Source of the DNA: Sedimentisphaerales bacterium
GTDB taxonomy: Bacteria > Planctomycetota > Phycisphaerae > Sedimentisphaerales > Anaerobacaceae
DNA length: 64,000 nucleotides
Reading direction: 5' to 3'
NCBI GenBank assembly: GCA_040772485.1
Contig: JAXGYC010000009.1
Coordinates: 416,001 to 480,000, forward strand
Under the pieces are notes generated by a model. It saw only the letters and a program-made list of their open reading frames with translations. It searched no databases and had not been told where the DNA came from. How positions within the stretch are numbered: the first letter of the stretch is position 1; every line of letters starts with the position of its first letter. A program made the position numbers and the translations under genes. Below, piece by piece: positions 1 through 10,074 of the stretch.

Positions 1-236
1 AGGGCCCCGATTTCGCCGGGGCCGGTGCATCGTTGGGCCTCTTCGACGAGGCGGGCCTTGTACGCGGCGGTAAACCGCCGTCGTTTGGGCTGGGCCAAGA
101 CCTCCGGGTCGGGGACGGGGGTCTCGCCGGCGCCGTTGTTGGCCCCTGCGTTCGGCTCGCCTCCGCTGCGCTGCGGCTCGCCTCTCTGCGGGGCCAACAA
201 CCTCTGGTTCCGTGTCTTATCCATGACATCCAGCAT
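1..236 (-). CDS. IS3-family transposase OrfA, N-terminal part (not in ORF track; runs off window)
   Basis: Manual translation from ATG 236: MLDVMDKTRNQRLLAPQRGEPQRSGGEPNAGANNGAGETPVPDPEVLAQPKRRRFTAAYKARLVEEAQRCTGPGEIGAL. The PDPEV..RRRFTAxYK..PGEIGAL pattern is typical of IS3 OrfA HTH proteins. Confidence 0.8.
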   Translation of the reverse strand, partial: MLDVMDKTRNQRLLAPQRGEPQRSGGEPNAGANNGAGETPVPDPEVLAQPKRRRFTAAYKARLVEEAQRCTGPGEIGA

Positions 237-307
237 ATTGCGAATCTCCTTGCCCTCTACTCTAATTATCGGCAAGGAATTGTCTCAAGCATTCTGACAC
301 AGAGGGG
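1..307 (-). mobile_element. IS3-family insertion sequence, left end (continues beyond window start)
   Basis: The minus strand reads CCCCTCTGTGTCAGAATGCTTGAGACA (307-281), an IS3-like terminal repeat. It is followed by an AAGGAG RBS and an OrfA-like transposase ORF. The exact terminal base is uncertain by a few nt. Confidence 0.8.
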
Positions 308-688
308 AGCGAGCAGGAACGACAGACTCTCCACGTACCGGGTTGCGATCCAGAGCTGGGTTGCCAGATTGGCTCCGTCGCCGGCAAAGACCCCCATTCC
401 CTTGTACGCCAGGGTGTGGATCAGGTCGAACGCTCCGACGAACAAGCAGGCCATGCCGAGAAACAACATGTACCCATTCTGGATGAATTGTCGACTGTTC
501 CACACGATGAGGAAGATGGCAAACGCCACGGTGACGGTGGCGATCTCGATGATGCTGTGAAACAGCAGGAAATGGCGCGTGCTCAGAAGATAGAGGCCGC
601 TGAGAATGACGACCCAGCAGAGCAGGCCCAGGAGCTTCCTGTCGGTGGGTGTATGATGGTCGTTCTGATGCATGTGCCGCTCGTCCAT
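266..688 (-). pseudogene. MASE3-domain membrane sensor gene truncated by the IS
   Basis: LLFHSIIE...FDLIHTLAYKGMGVF...NLATQLWIATRYVES is MASE3-like. Homology stops at about FLLAPL, where IS sequence begins, and an IS-derived tail (CVRMLETIPCR*) follows. Start codon uncertain (688 or nearby). Confidence 0.8.
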
Positions 689-835
689 ACCAGCAGGCCG
701 CATCGGGGTGGACTCACAATGACATCGCAAAGGCGCCTCCGTGTCATCACCCGCAGCGTTCTCCGTCGGGATCGGCCCAGCCGCGATAGTCGCACATAAA
801 AACTGAAGTCTATATCTGCCCTGCCCCTGGCAGAA

Positions 836-850
836 TAGGGAATTTCCCTA
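836..850. promoter_or_regulatory. Perfect palindrome TAGGGAA-T-TTCCCTA, candidate transcription-factor site upstream of the MASE3 gene
   Basis: 7-1-7 inverted repeat in an AT-rich intergenic stretch. Confidence 0.4.
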
Positions 851-888
851 ATTTGCCCCTCGGCCCACGGCTTGTGGCAAAACAGCGG

Positions 889-2016
889 TCAGTTCGGATC
901 GATCTGCTCGTAAATCTGTGCGATCTCGCGGAGCAGGGCTTCGAGTTGTGTGAAATACTGCGATTCGGGAAGCTCTGCTTTCGCGTCGCGCAGTTTCATC
1001 ACCTCCAGTTCGAGCCGGTCGCGCTCGGCGCGCAAGGCCGGCGGCATGCCCGCCTCCGTGTCGCTGTAGAGCAGATGAAGCTGATGGGCCCGGTATCCGT
1101 CGAGAGAAGCGTTGTCGGCGGCCTTCTGCACCGGGCGAATGCCTCGGAACCAGTCGGCGGGCGTGCCCAGCCCGTCGCCGTTGTCGTCGAGCAGGGCGTG
1201 TTCCGTCGCCAGCCGGCCCTCAGCCTGGTAGAACGCCTGGGTGTGATAGGAGGCGGTCAGAAACGCTTCGAGCAGCGACGTCTGGCCGTCCTTGTCGAGG
1301 TCGGCCAGGGGCTCGGCAATCGCTTCGGCCAGGTATCGGCCGAATCGCGTGTAGTTCTGCTCGAAGCCGCTCTTCGTTGCGGTGATGATCACGCGCCCGG
1401 GCGCCGACAGCGCCTGCAGAAAAGGAGCGCTGGAGGAAGAAGTATCGATCAAGGCAACGGTTCGTTGCATTGGCTGGAGCCATTCGACCAGGTCGTCCGT
1501 CGTCAGGTCGGGCCCTCGCAGATTGAACCGGGCGGTCCTTCCATCGAACGTCCCGTGTCCGATCAGGACCAGCCACAGTGGAGCGTCGGTGGCGTGTGGT
1601 TCGGCGGCCAGCAGTTCTTTCAAACGCAATCGGTCAGACCGGGTGGCAGCCTCAAGTCCGAAGGACTTGGGGATGGTTTCCCTGGGCTGACCATCCCCAA
1701 GCTGCGCTTGAGGCTGCCACCCGTCATTCAGACCGACGGTGCGCAATAACGCCCCGGCTCTGGTACAGGCCTGCTCCCAAAGGCCGGTCCATTCGACAAA
1801 TTGCTCCAGGTACTCCGGCATTCCCGGAGCCCCGACGACCACGATCACGCTCTGGGTGGTGGGTGGCAGCCTCAAGTCCGCAGGACTTGGGGATGGCTGG
1901 CTCGTCGAGACCATCCCCAAGCTGCGCTTGAGGCTGCCACCCGCGGCAACAGAGGCCGGAGTACCGATCGTACTCAGAACCAACACGCCAGCCAGGAATG
2001 TCACCTTTGCGTTCAT
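889..2016 (-). CDS. Secreted hypothetical protein, last gene of the MoxR operon (caspase/C13-like LIGHG motif); carries two REPIN insertions
   Basis: Start MNAKVT overlaps the upstream stop (ATGA). Signal peptide, LVLIGHGTFDG and DLDKDGQTSLLEAF motifs are typical of planctomycete MoxR operons. Confidence 0.75.
   Translation of the reverse strand: MNAKVTFLAGVLVLSTIGTPASVAAGGSLKRSLGMVSTSQPSPSPADLRLPPTTQSVIVVVGAPGMPEYLEQFVEWTGLWEQACTRAGALLRTVGLNDGWQPQAQLGDGQPRETIPKSFGLEAATRSDRLRLKELLAAEPHATDAPLWLVLIGHGTFDGRTARFNLRGPDLTTDDLVEWLQPMQRTVALIDTSSSSAPFLQALSAPGRVIITATKSGFEQNYTRFGRYLAEAIAEPLADLDKDGQTSLLEAFLTASYHTQAFYQAEGRLATEHALLDDNGDGLGTPADWFRGIRPVQKAADNASLDGYRAHQLHLLYSDTEAGMPPALRAERDRLELEVMKLRDAKAELPESQYFTQLEALLREIAQIYEQIDPN
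1641..1722. repeat. 82-bp palindromic REP doublet (REPIN-like), copy 1, inside CDS
   Basis: Terminal IR GGGTGGCAGCCTCAAG/CTTGAGGCTGCCACCC and inner IR CTTGGGGATGG/CCATCCCCAAG. Confidence 0.9.
1861..1942. repeat. 82-bp palindromic REP doublet, copy 2, inside CDS
   Basis: Near-identical to copy 1 apart from the 14-nt central loop and one substitution. Confidence 0.9.
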
Positions 2017-4385
2017 GGCATTCCCTTCCAGCGGCGAAGCGCCCATTCGACAACCAGGCACAGCAGCGCCAGCAGAAAGATCGCTGGCAGGATTCCGGGC
2101 AGATCCCACAGTGGCCTGATCCAGACGGTGGTGATCGGCACCTTGCGATTCGGCAGATCGCGGGCGAAGTCCGGCAGTTCGTCGAGTTCCACGACTCGGC
2201 CTCCCGTCCGGCGGGCGATCTGCTCCATCAGCGGTCGGTTGATCTTGATCGAGCGAAATTCGCGGGCTTCGAGATCGGTGGCCCAGCCCGCTTCCGCATG
2301 GCCGATCTCCGCGCCATTGGCGTCGGTGACAACCGCGCGAGCAAGATATCCGCCACTGAGGCGCGGGACGTACGTGCTCTCGAACAGGCCGCTCTCGCCT
2401 GCGACCAGAGTGGCTGTCAGACCGAGCGTTTGGCCCTGCGGCTGGTCCACTTCGATGGCGACCGACACGTCGTCCTTTGGCTCGAAATCCTCGCCCCGGA
2501 CGCGCACCTGCAGCGGCTTGACGTCGGTAGCCGGAGCCACCCCATCCGTGACCTGGAGTGAGATCCGCTCCGGCACGTCCGCCACCAGCCATCGCAGCGT
2601 CTGGCGCCAGAACTTGTTCATGTCTTCACGTGCCTCGGCGTCCTGGAGTCCCCATCGCCAGATGTCGCCGACCGTCAGAGTTGCGCTGCGCCCATTGCCC
2701 ATTCGCTGCACCACCAGGGCGGGCAGGGCCTCGGCGTCGTCGCCTCCGACAGTTGCGATGGTCTTTGCGCCGACCCTCGTCGACGCGACGCGACTGAGCA
2801 CGCGGAAGTCGGTCATCTTCGCCAGCCGTTCCTGTTCGTCCGGTTCGTTGTCGCGCAGCCGGGCCCAAGGCTCCAGCCAGCCGTCGCGCGTCAACGTCAT
2901 GCGAATCGCAGATGAGCTGACGCCTTCGGGCGCGCGATCGAGGTAGACCGGCAGGAGGCTGCCAATGGGCGTGCGGTCGAAGTTTCCCTGCCGGAAGGAG
3001 TCTTTGCCGCCGAGCATGAGGAAGCCGCCGCCGCGTTCGGTGACGAACCGTCGCAGCAGGTCCATCTGGTCGTGCGTGAAGAAGGCCGCCTCGACGTCGT
3101 CAAGGATCACGGCGTGATAGCCGAACAGCAATTCCGGCGTCTTCGGGAATCCCTCCTGGAGTTCAGCCGCATCACGCGTGTTCAGGCGGACCAGAACGGG
3201 CTGGTCGTATTGCTCGGTCTGCTCCCGGTCCTGGTTTTCGAAACCGCGGTACAGAGGATTGCTCTGCTCGCCGGCGCGACCGCGCCAGTCGTACTTCGGC
3301 TCGCGCCGCGCCACGCGAATCAGGCCCACCATCTGCACCTGCTCGTCCTCGCTGAGAGCCCGCTGGAGGAACTTGTACTCCCAGTTCGGACGGCCCGACA
3401 CGTACAGGATGCGGTAGGGGCCTCCCCCTCGATCCACGACGATGGTGCGCGCGTTATTGGCGAGTGTGGCTTCCGAAGGGGTCTCGGGCGAGGCCGCCGA
3501 TTCGCCTTTAGTCACCTCTGCGACGCGCACCTGGTAGAACAAGACGCCGGCCCGGTCGGGACGAAGGCGAAAACGGAACGCCTGCTTCTCATTGCGGCCT
3601 CCCACATTCCATTGCTGGCGTTCGACCAAGGCTCCCGACCCATCCATCAGTTCGACGGCCACACTGCGGCCGCCGAATCCGGCGGCTTCGATGTCGGCCT
3701 GCACGATCACAGGGGCGTCCTCGAACGCCGTCTGGCTGACCGAGACGTTGCTCAGCGACAGGTCCTTGGGCGCTCGATCCGTGCCGATGAGAACGGGATA
3801 GACTGGTGGCATGTCCGATCCCGATGCCCATCCGGACTCGACCCCATCGGTCGCGTTGCCGTCGGTCAATAGCAGCACGCCTGCAATCGGCCGGTCGCGA
3901 TACCGCTCCGCAACCGTTTGCAGAGCGTTGCCGATGGCGGAGGCGGCGCCTTCGAAAGTCAGCTCGGAGAAATCCGAGGTCCGACGCAGACGCGAATCAA
4001 AGATGTATTGGCGAAGCTGGAACGTATTGGACAGCGCCGCGAGCCAGTCGGCCTTCGTGACATCCATGGCCTCGCGGAGGATCTCGCCGCGACTTCGATC
4101 GACGCCGGGGTCCCGAACGTTCATGCCTGCGCTGTTGTCGGCGATCACGACAAACAGGTTGGCGCCGGATTCGGCCCGCCGGCCGCTCCATAGCGGTTCG
4201 ATCAGACACAGCGCCAGAATCAGAACGCCCAACAGCTTCGCGACGAATGCGATCCTCTCTGCGGCGCCGATACGAGGGCTGCGCCGATACGTCCACACCA
4301 GCAGGGCGGCAGCGGCCAGCGTCAGAATTGCAGCCGGCCAGACCCAATGCGTCATCGAGATGGTGACGTTCGCCGGCGGAATCAT
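2013..4385 (-). CDS. Membrane protein with vWA-like and class I glutamine amidotransferase-like domains
   Basis: N-terminal TM helices, DNSAGM/LLTDG vWA-like motifs, GRPNWEYKFL, GGGFLMLGG, C-terminal EWALRRWKG. ATGA-coupled start at 4385. Confidence 0.8.
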   Translation of the reverse strand: MIPPANVTISMTHWVWPAAILTLAAAALLVWTYRRSPRIGAAERIAFVAKLLGVLILALCLIEPLWSGRRAESGANLFVVIADNSAGMNVRDPGVDRSRGEILREAMDVTKADWLAALSNTFQLRQYIFDSRLRRTSDFSELTFEGAASAIGNALQTVAERYRDRPIAGVLLLTDGNATDGVESGWASGSDMPPVYPVLIGTDRAPKDLSLSNVSVSQTAFEDAPVIVQADIEAAGFGGRSVAVELMDGSGALVERQQWNVGGRNEKQAFRFRLRPDRAGVLFYQVRVAEVTKGESAASPETPSEATLANNARTIVVDRGGGPYRILYVSGRPNWEYKFLQRALSEDEQVQMVGLIRVARREPKYDWRGRAGEQSNPLYRGFENQDREQTEQYDQPVLVRLNTRDAAELQEGFPKTPELLFGYHAVILDDVEAAFFTHDQMDLLRRFVTERGGGFLMLGGKDSFRQGNFDRTPIGSLLPVYLDRAPEGVSSSAIRMTLTRDGWLEPWARLRDNEPDEQERLAKMTDFRVLSRVASTRVGAKTIATVGGDDAEALPALVVQRMGNGRSATLTVGDIWRWGLQDAEAREDMNKFWRQTLRWLVADVPERISLQVTDGVAPATDVKPLQVRVRGEDFEPKDDVSVAIEVDQPQGQTLGLTATLVAGESGLFESTYVPRLSGGYLARAVVTDANGAEIGHAEAGWATDLEAREFRSIKINRPLMEQIARRTGGRVVELDELPDFARDLPNRKVPITTVWIRPLWDLPGILPAIFLLALLCLVVEWALRRWKGMP

Positions 4386-7300
4386 GGATGGTCGCCCCCC
4401 AGATTCTCGAAGTAACTTCGTACCACGTCGGCGAAACGGTCGGGCACCGGGTCGCGATCGATCGGGACCAGGGCCTCGTCCGACTCGAGCCCGGCGAGTG
4501 TATCCCGGAGTTTCTCCTGCAATTCCATGAGCGGCTTGGTGATCTGCTGCTGGACCAGATCCCACTGAGGTTCCTTGCCGTGGCGCGTGAAGTCCGTCCG
4601 TATAGTGCGGGCCCGGTCCCGGACTCTTGCCACGTCCTCGCGAAGATCGCGTTCGGTCAACATCTCCTCCACGTCACGAAGCCGATCGGACCAGTCTCGA
4701 TAGTCCCCGCCGGTCAGTGGACCACGTGCGCCGCTGTCGCTCCATTCCTCGAACGACTCGCCTCCGGGTCCCCAGCCGCTCGGGTTGCCCCGCTCGTCTC
4801 TATTGCCCCGCGTGGTCTGGCCATCCCGCTCTTGTTGCGACCGAGCGCCGTCCTGTGCCATGCCCGGCTGCTGCGGCGTCTCGTTGCTGGCCGATGGCTC
4901 CTGTTGCGGTCGTCCGCCCTCGCTGGGCATCGGGTCCTGACGTTGGGTCTCATTCGGTTGCCCACGGCCGGACGCAGCCGCCCGTTCGTTGGGATCGTCG
5001 CGGCGTTCACCGCCTGCACCGGTTGCACGAGCGGTCTCCTCGTCGACCTGGCGGATCAACTCGTCGAGCTGCTGGCGGGCCAGCCGCAACGATTCTGCCT
5101 CATCGCCCAGCACGCTCTCGGCAGCCTCCTCGACGCCTTCACGAAGCTCGTCGATCCCCTGGGCTGCCCGTCGTTCGATCTCCCGAGCCTGGGGCAGGAA
5201 GTTCCGCTCCAGCAACTGGCCGGCAGCCTCCAGGGCCTGGTCGAGGTTCTCCGTGCTGGCCTTGCGCAGCGTGTCGTAGAGTCTTCGCGAAAGCAGCGGC
5301 TCGGCGATCTCCGATCGCTCGCTCACATCTTTCATCTGCTCGATCAGCTCTTCGACCTCTCCTCTCTGTTGCTCGATTTGCTCGGTCACTTCGCCGCTCG
5401 TGCCCGTGTCCGCAAGCGTCCGGCGGCCTGAGCCCGCCTGCTGCTCCATCTGTTCGGCGATCCGATCCTGCCTCTGGTCGAGCTGCTGCGCTCGGTCGCG
5501 CATGTCGCGCATCTCCTCGGAGAACTGGCTCGATGTGTTGCGCCGGAACTCGTCGCGCATCTGTTCGAGCTGCCGTTGCGCGCGTGTTGCCGACGTGATG
5601 GCCCGAGAGACCATCCCCTCTTCGAGATCCTGGGCGGACTGGCGGATCTGGGAACGCGAATCGTCGAGCTGCTCTCTGGCGTCGGCCATTCGTTGCCGAT
5701 TCTGCGACTGGTCCATTCTCGCCTGGAGTTCGTCGATGTCACGAAGGGCTTCGACCTGCTCGTCTCGCAGGCGTTTGAGTTCGCGCAGGATCTCTTGTCT
5801 TTCCTGTTCGTTGCGCGCCTGCCGCAGGGCGGCCTCGGCCTCTCGCAGCCGCTCGCTCACGTCGTTCTGACGCCGCGCGAGATCGCCGAGCCGGTTGAGG
5901 ACCTGAAGGTCCTCGCGCCGGGCGGTCTGCTCTCGCGATTGGGCCACACGTTCGGTCTCGTACCGATTCTCCTGTTCCGTCAGTTCGAGTTGCTGCAACT
6001 GCTGCTGCGACCGGGCGGAGCCGGCGTTGTTGCCGCGTCCGGAGTTCTGTGCTCGCGCGATCTGATGCTCGCGTCCCCTGAGCTTGAGCAGTTCCTGGTA
6101 GGCAGCCTGCTCGGCGCCCAGCGCGGCCGTTAACTCCGCGGCCGAGGTCGACTGCGTGGCCTGCGTCAGATGGTCTACGGAAGTCTCCATGTGTTCGGCA
6201 GCGGCCTGGAGCGCCTGGCCGGCCGATGGGTCCTCCGCCTCGGCCGTTGCAGATCGGGCCTTTTCCAGTGCTTCGGCCTGCGACTGGCGGACGACATCGA
6301 CGTCGTCTTTTCGCTCGCCGAGGTTGCCCGACAGGTCGGTCTGCTGTTTGATGTTCCAGGTAGCGATGATGATCTGCTTCTGCATCTGGATGAGTTCGTC
6401 GGTTTGTTGACCCTGCTGTTGCCCATCCTGACTCTGCTGCTGTTGGCTGCGCTGATCCTGAAACGACTGGTTCTCGATGAAGACCTCGTCGAAGGGGCGC
6501 ACCTCGGCAAAGTACATGTCGCTGACGGCTCGACGCGGCCGGCCGTCGGGTCCAACGTCGTCGGCCCAGAAGTGGTACGTCAGCAGTTGGTCGGGGACGG
6601 CCCCGAGTTCCTCGATGGCCAGCAGGTGCTGGATCTGCTGCTGGCTGGCCGCCGGTGCGTCGCTCAGCACGATGTCCCGGCTCTCCACGCCCGCCAGGGT
6701 GTACGTCACTCCATAGCGGGCCACACCGTAATCGTCGGAAACTTCGGCCTGGAGGTCCAGCTCTTCCAGAGGCGAGGCCGCGACGTCGCGGTTGGGAAAC
6801 AGAGGCTTCAGCTCGGCAGGGAGGTTCTTGTGAACGTCGACCGTGAAACGCGGAGGCATCTTGCTGTCCAGCCCCTGAGCGTCCGCCATGAGCAGCTCGT
6901 ATCGCTCGCTCTGCTCGGCGGCAAAAGACGTCGTCAGGACATGGGGATGCTCAGGGTCGAGGTTCAGCGCCAGCGCGATGCCCGTTCTCGGAGCCAGACG
7001 CGCCGTCGCCACAGGCTTGTTCAGTGTGAACGTCAGCGTGACGTGCGAACCTTCGACGACGCTGATGCGTCGCGTGTCGTGGATTGTCTTTTCGGGCAGG
7101 TTCGTATATGAAGGATAGACGATCTTCGCATCGGCCTGGATCAGACGCGGACGGTCCAGGACGGTGATCTCATAGTTGCCGCTGCGCTCGTCGGCGTATT
7201 CGATGTGATAGAGCAGGTCCGAACGGACGTCCGGAATGACGCCTCCGAAGACCGCGTCATCCACGCTTCGCGTCAGCGGCACTCGTTGTTGCTCCTGCCC

Positions 7301-7963
7301 GGCGGCGCCGAACGAAAGGCCGACCTCGTGTGGAATGCGTCCATCGAATCGTGCGACGATTACCACGGGGCTTCCGGCCTCCACGGTGGCATCGCCCGGC
7401 GTGATTGTGACCTCGTAGCCTCTGGAAGCCAGGACGCCGCGACGACTGCTCGACAGCAGGGACATTGAGGGCAACATCTGCGAGAGCACCGCCGCCACGA
7501 GCAACAGGGCTGCGATGCGACTGATGTTGGCCATCGCTACGGTTCTGGGCGGGATGCTCTGGAGCCAGTCGTGGTTCGTCGCATGGATGATGGCTCCCTT
7601 GAGCACCTGCGTCTGGAGATAGCCCAGCCGACCGCCCGGATGGTCGGGTTTCTGTTCGATGGCGGCCAGTAGAAGGGCCTTGAGATCGGGATGATGCTGT
7701 TCGATGTCCCGCGCGACGGCCTGGTAGTCGAGTTGGACGCGATCTGTCTTGTAGATTGCCGCGATCGTTGCTGCAATGGTGGCGATGCACCACAGTCCCG
7801 CCTTGAAGGGAAGTCGCCATCCCCATAGCCAGTCGGCGCCGATCAGCGCCAGACCAACGAGTGCGGCGATGAGCCAATAGCGCGATAGGCGCCATGCGAG
7901 GTCCAGACGCCTTCGGCGCGTTATGATCGGTTCGAGCTGTCTGCGAAGCGTGTGCTCGATCAT
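4382..7963 (-). CDS. DUF4175-like large membrane/coiled-coil protein
   Basis: N-terminal TMs, Ig-like middle region (DDYGV), long Q/E/R-rich coiled coil, C-terminal VPDRFADVVRSYFENL. Coupled start MIEHTL. Confidence 0.75.
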   Translation of the reverse strand: MIEHTLRRQLEPIITRRRRLDLAWRLSRYWLIAALVGLALIGADWLWGWRLPFKAGLWCIATIAATIAAIYKTDRVQLDYQAVARDIEQHHPDLKALLLAAIEQKPDHPGGRLGYLQTQVLKGAIIHATNHDWLQSIPPRTVAMANISRIAALLLVAAVLSQMLPSMSLLSSSRRGVLASRGYEVTITPGDATVEAGSPVVIVARFDGRIPHEVGLSFGAAGQEQQRVPLTRSVDDAVFGGVIPDVRSDLLYHIEYADERSGNYEITVLDRPRLIQADAKIVYPSYTNLPEKTIHDTRRISVVEGSHVTLTFTLNKPVATARLAPRTGIALALNLDPEHPHVLTTSFAAEQSERYELLMADAQGLDSKMPPRFTVDVHKNLPAELKPLFPNRDVAASPLEELDLQAEVSDDYGVARYGVTYTLAGVESRDIVLSDAPAASQQQIQHLLAIEELGAVPDQLLTYHFWADDVGPDGRPRRAVSDMYFAEVRPFDEVFIENQSFQDQRSQQQQSQDGQQQGQQTDELIQMQKQIIIATWNIKQQTDLSGNLGERKDDVDVVRQSQAEALEKARSATAEAEDPSAGQALQAAAEHMETSVDHLTQATQSTSAAELTAALGAEQAAYQELLKLRGREHQIARAQNSGRGNNAGSARSQQQLQQLELTEQENRYETERVAQSREQTARREDLQVLNRLGDLARRQNDVSERLREAEAALRQARNEQERQEILRELKRLRDEQVEALRDIDELQARMDQSQNRQRMADAREQLDDSRSQIRQSAQDLEEGMVSRAITSATRAQRQLEQMRDEFRRNTSSQFSEEMRDMRDRAQQLDQRQDRIAEQMEQQAGSGRRTLADTGTSGEVTEQIEQQRGEVEELIEQMKDVSERSEIAEPLLSRRLYDTLRKASTENLDQALEAAGQLLERNFLPQAREIERRAAQGIDELREGVEEAAESVLGDEAESLRLARQQLDELIRQVDEETARATGAGGERRDDPNERAAASGRGQPNETQRQDPMPSEGGRPQQEPSASNETPQQPGMAQDGARSQQERDGQTTRGNRDERGNPSGWGPGGESFEEWSDSGARGPLTGGDYRDWSDRLRDVEEMLTERDLREDVARVRDRARTIRTDFTRHGKEPQWDLVQQQITKPLMELQEKLRDTLAGLESDEALVPIDRDPVPDRFADVVRSYFENLGGDHP

Positions 7964-10074
7964 GTCGGTTCCCCCCGGGACTCTGATGCGGGCCGGGTCA
8001 GCCATCCGGCCAGCCAGGTCTCCAGTAACAGCACAACCAGGGCAGCGACCAACACCCACCGCCAGAGTTTCTGTTCGCTTTCGGTTTCTGCCATTCCTCG
8101 ATGGATTGCAGCCTTCGCGAGCTGACCGGTTACTACGGGACTGGGTGGCTTCAGTGAAAGCCCCAGTTTCTCCAGTTCCTCGATCTCCATCGGATCGGTC
8201 CGGCTTTCCGACACGGGCACGTTGACCGCAAACTGTCTTGTCCCGCCCTGGGATTCGATGCCGTAGATCCCAGGCATGTCCGTTTGGGTGAACGTCTCGG
8301 CGCCTCTTTCGAGTACGACCGCCGAGCCGTCGGGTTTTCGGATTCGGCCATTCTCCGATGGCAACGCGGTCGGACGTGAGATGGGCACCGGGTCGCCGAC
8401 GAAATACTGGGCCTGTGTTCCTGTGAGCGCGCCGCCGTATTCCAGGACGCTGTAGAGCAACGGGACGAACTTGGACGACAGGGCCAGGTCGCTGTCGGTC
8501 GGATGCCAGCCGCTGGTCAAGACCAGCACCGTCCCTCTGCCCTTGGGCACCTCGAACCACGCCGGATCGTCGCTATCGTACCGCGCCAGCACGCGGGCGC
8601 CGGGAACAGCAGCAAGATCAACTCGCCGATGCTTCCAGAAATGGACCTTTGTGAAATCGCCGAAACGGGGATCGGAAAACACCGCCAGCAGTGGATGGGC
8701 GAACTCGATCTGCCCGAGCATCGCGTATCGGCCGGCGTCCGCCTCTTCGCAGTTGATGTTGGCGATGCCTGTGAGGGCCGACAGCGCGGTCATGGCTTGG
8801 GCCGACTTCATCGCCAGCAGTACGGTTCCGCCCGATTCGACGTGTCCGCCAAGGACACCAAGGTTCTCTGCGTGCGTTGTTTCGGTTACGACGGTCAGAT
8901 GGGCCGCCGCCACTTCATCAGGGACCAGTGGTTCATCACCCTTGTGGAACGTGACACGAACGTTCAGCCCGCCTGAGGCCTTGAATGCCTGACGCACGTA
9001 ATACAGCATGCCCCTCGGATCGTTCGGTTCGTCGTTACCGATGCAGAGGATATTGATCTGCTGTTGCAGGCGAGGCGCGATGTAGAGCGTGTTGTCGAAA
9101 TCGTGGTCGTCGCCGGTCAGGACGAGCCGGTTTGTGTTCGATGGATCGCCTGGTGTTGAGACCTTGACGACGGCGCTGCGGCCGGCTGGAACATACACAT
9201 CGACCGTCCGAGAGGACGCCGGCTCATCGGCCCAGCGTAATTGAAACTGCTCTGCGGCCGCCTCGGGCGCGTTGGTCACGCGGATGCTCGGTGCATCGTT
9301 GCTGTCGGGACCTGTCGGATGGCGGCGATGGATCACCCATTCCAACGCCGCATTGGTCGCCTTGGCGCACTCCACCGGCCGCAGGATCAGTTCTGTTGTC
9401 TCAGGCCACTCGTACGTGTGGAGTGCATCGAGGCGGCATCCCTGCTGCAGGTCGCCGATCAGCACGATCTGTCGGATTCCGCCGGGCTGGTCCCCATCGC
9501 CGACCTCATTGTCCTCGATTGCTTCGGCGGCGATTGTCAGCGCTGCCCCCAGATCGGTCGATGCCCAGCCGGGCGACATATCCGCCAGGCAGTCAGTCAC
9601 CGCCGCAGCGCGTCGGGGCAGGTCCAGGGCAGCCCATTGCTCGAACCCGATCTGTGTCTGCGTATTCTGATCGAACGTCATCAGGCACACCCGATCGATC
9701 GGCTCGACGTCGCTCAGGACGGAACGCACCTCGGCCGTCGCCTGGTTCCACAGTCCGGCGCGGCGCATCGACGCGCTGGTGTCGACGAGCAGGATGATGC
9801 GTCTGCCCTGGTGAGTCACCGTCTCGGGGGTCTGGCGCGAGAGCAGCGGTCGTGCAAACGCAATGGCCAGCAGGCACAGCAGCAGGCACCGCAGAATCAG
9901 CAGCGACAGGTTCTCGATGCGGCTTCGGTTCCGCAGACGTGGGGCGGTTGTCCGCACGAACATCAGCGAGCTGAACGTCACGCGCTTCCGCGTATGGCGG
10001 CGGATCATGTGCAGCAGGATCGGCACGCCGACGGCGGCGACCCCGGCCAGAAGTAGCGGATAGAGAAAGCTCAT
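7960..10074 (-). CDS. BatA N-terminal + vWA domain protein
   Basis: MSFLYP..PILLHM..FSSLMF..LLILR..AFARP (BatA), LVDTSASM (MIDAS-like), C-terminal TM LWRW..LLETWL. Confidence 0.85.
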   Translation of the reverse strand: MSFLYPLLLAGVAAVGVPILLHMIRRHTRKRVTFSSLMFVRTTAPRLRNRSRIENLSLLILRCLLLCLLAIAFARPLLSRQTPETVTHQGRRIILLVDTSASMRRAGLWNQATAEVRSVLSDVEPIDRVCLMTFDQNTQTQIGFEQWAALDLPRRAAAVTDCLADMSPGWASTDLGAALTIAAEAIEDNEVGDGDQPGGIRQIVLIGDLQQGCRLDALHTYEWPETTELILRPVECAKATNAALEWVIHRRHPTGPDSNDAPSIRVTNAPEAAAEQFQLRWADEPASSRTVDVYVPAGRSAVVKVSTPGDPSNTNRLVLTGDDHDFDNTLYIAPRLQQQINILCIGNDEPNDPRGMLYYVRQAFKASGGLNVRVTFHKGDEPLVPDEVAAAHLTVVTETTHAENLGVLGGHVESGGTVLLAMKSAQAMTALSALTGIANINCEEADAGRYAMLGQIEFAHPLLAVFSDPRFGDFTKVHFWKHRRVDLAAVPGARVLARYDSDDPAWFEVPKGRGTVLVLTSGWHPTDSDLALSSKFVPLLYSVLEYGGALTGTQAQYFVGDPVPISRPTALPSENGRIRKPDGSAVVLERGAETFTQTDMPGIYGIESQGGTRQFAVNVPVSESRTDPMEIEELEKLGLSLKPPSPVVTGQLAKAAIHRGMAETESEQKLWRWVLVAALVVLLLETWLAGWLTRPASESRGEPT

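Noticed and set aside
1641..1942. 82-bp repeats as CRISPR repeats or autonomous IS ends
   Set aside because: Too long, dispersed, internally palindromic, and the DNA between them is ordinary coding sequence of the host gene.
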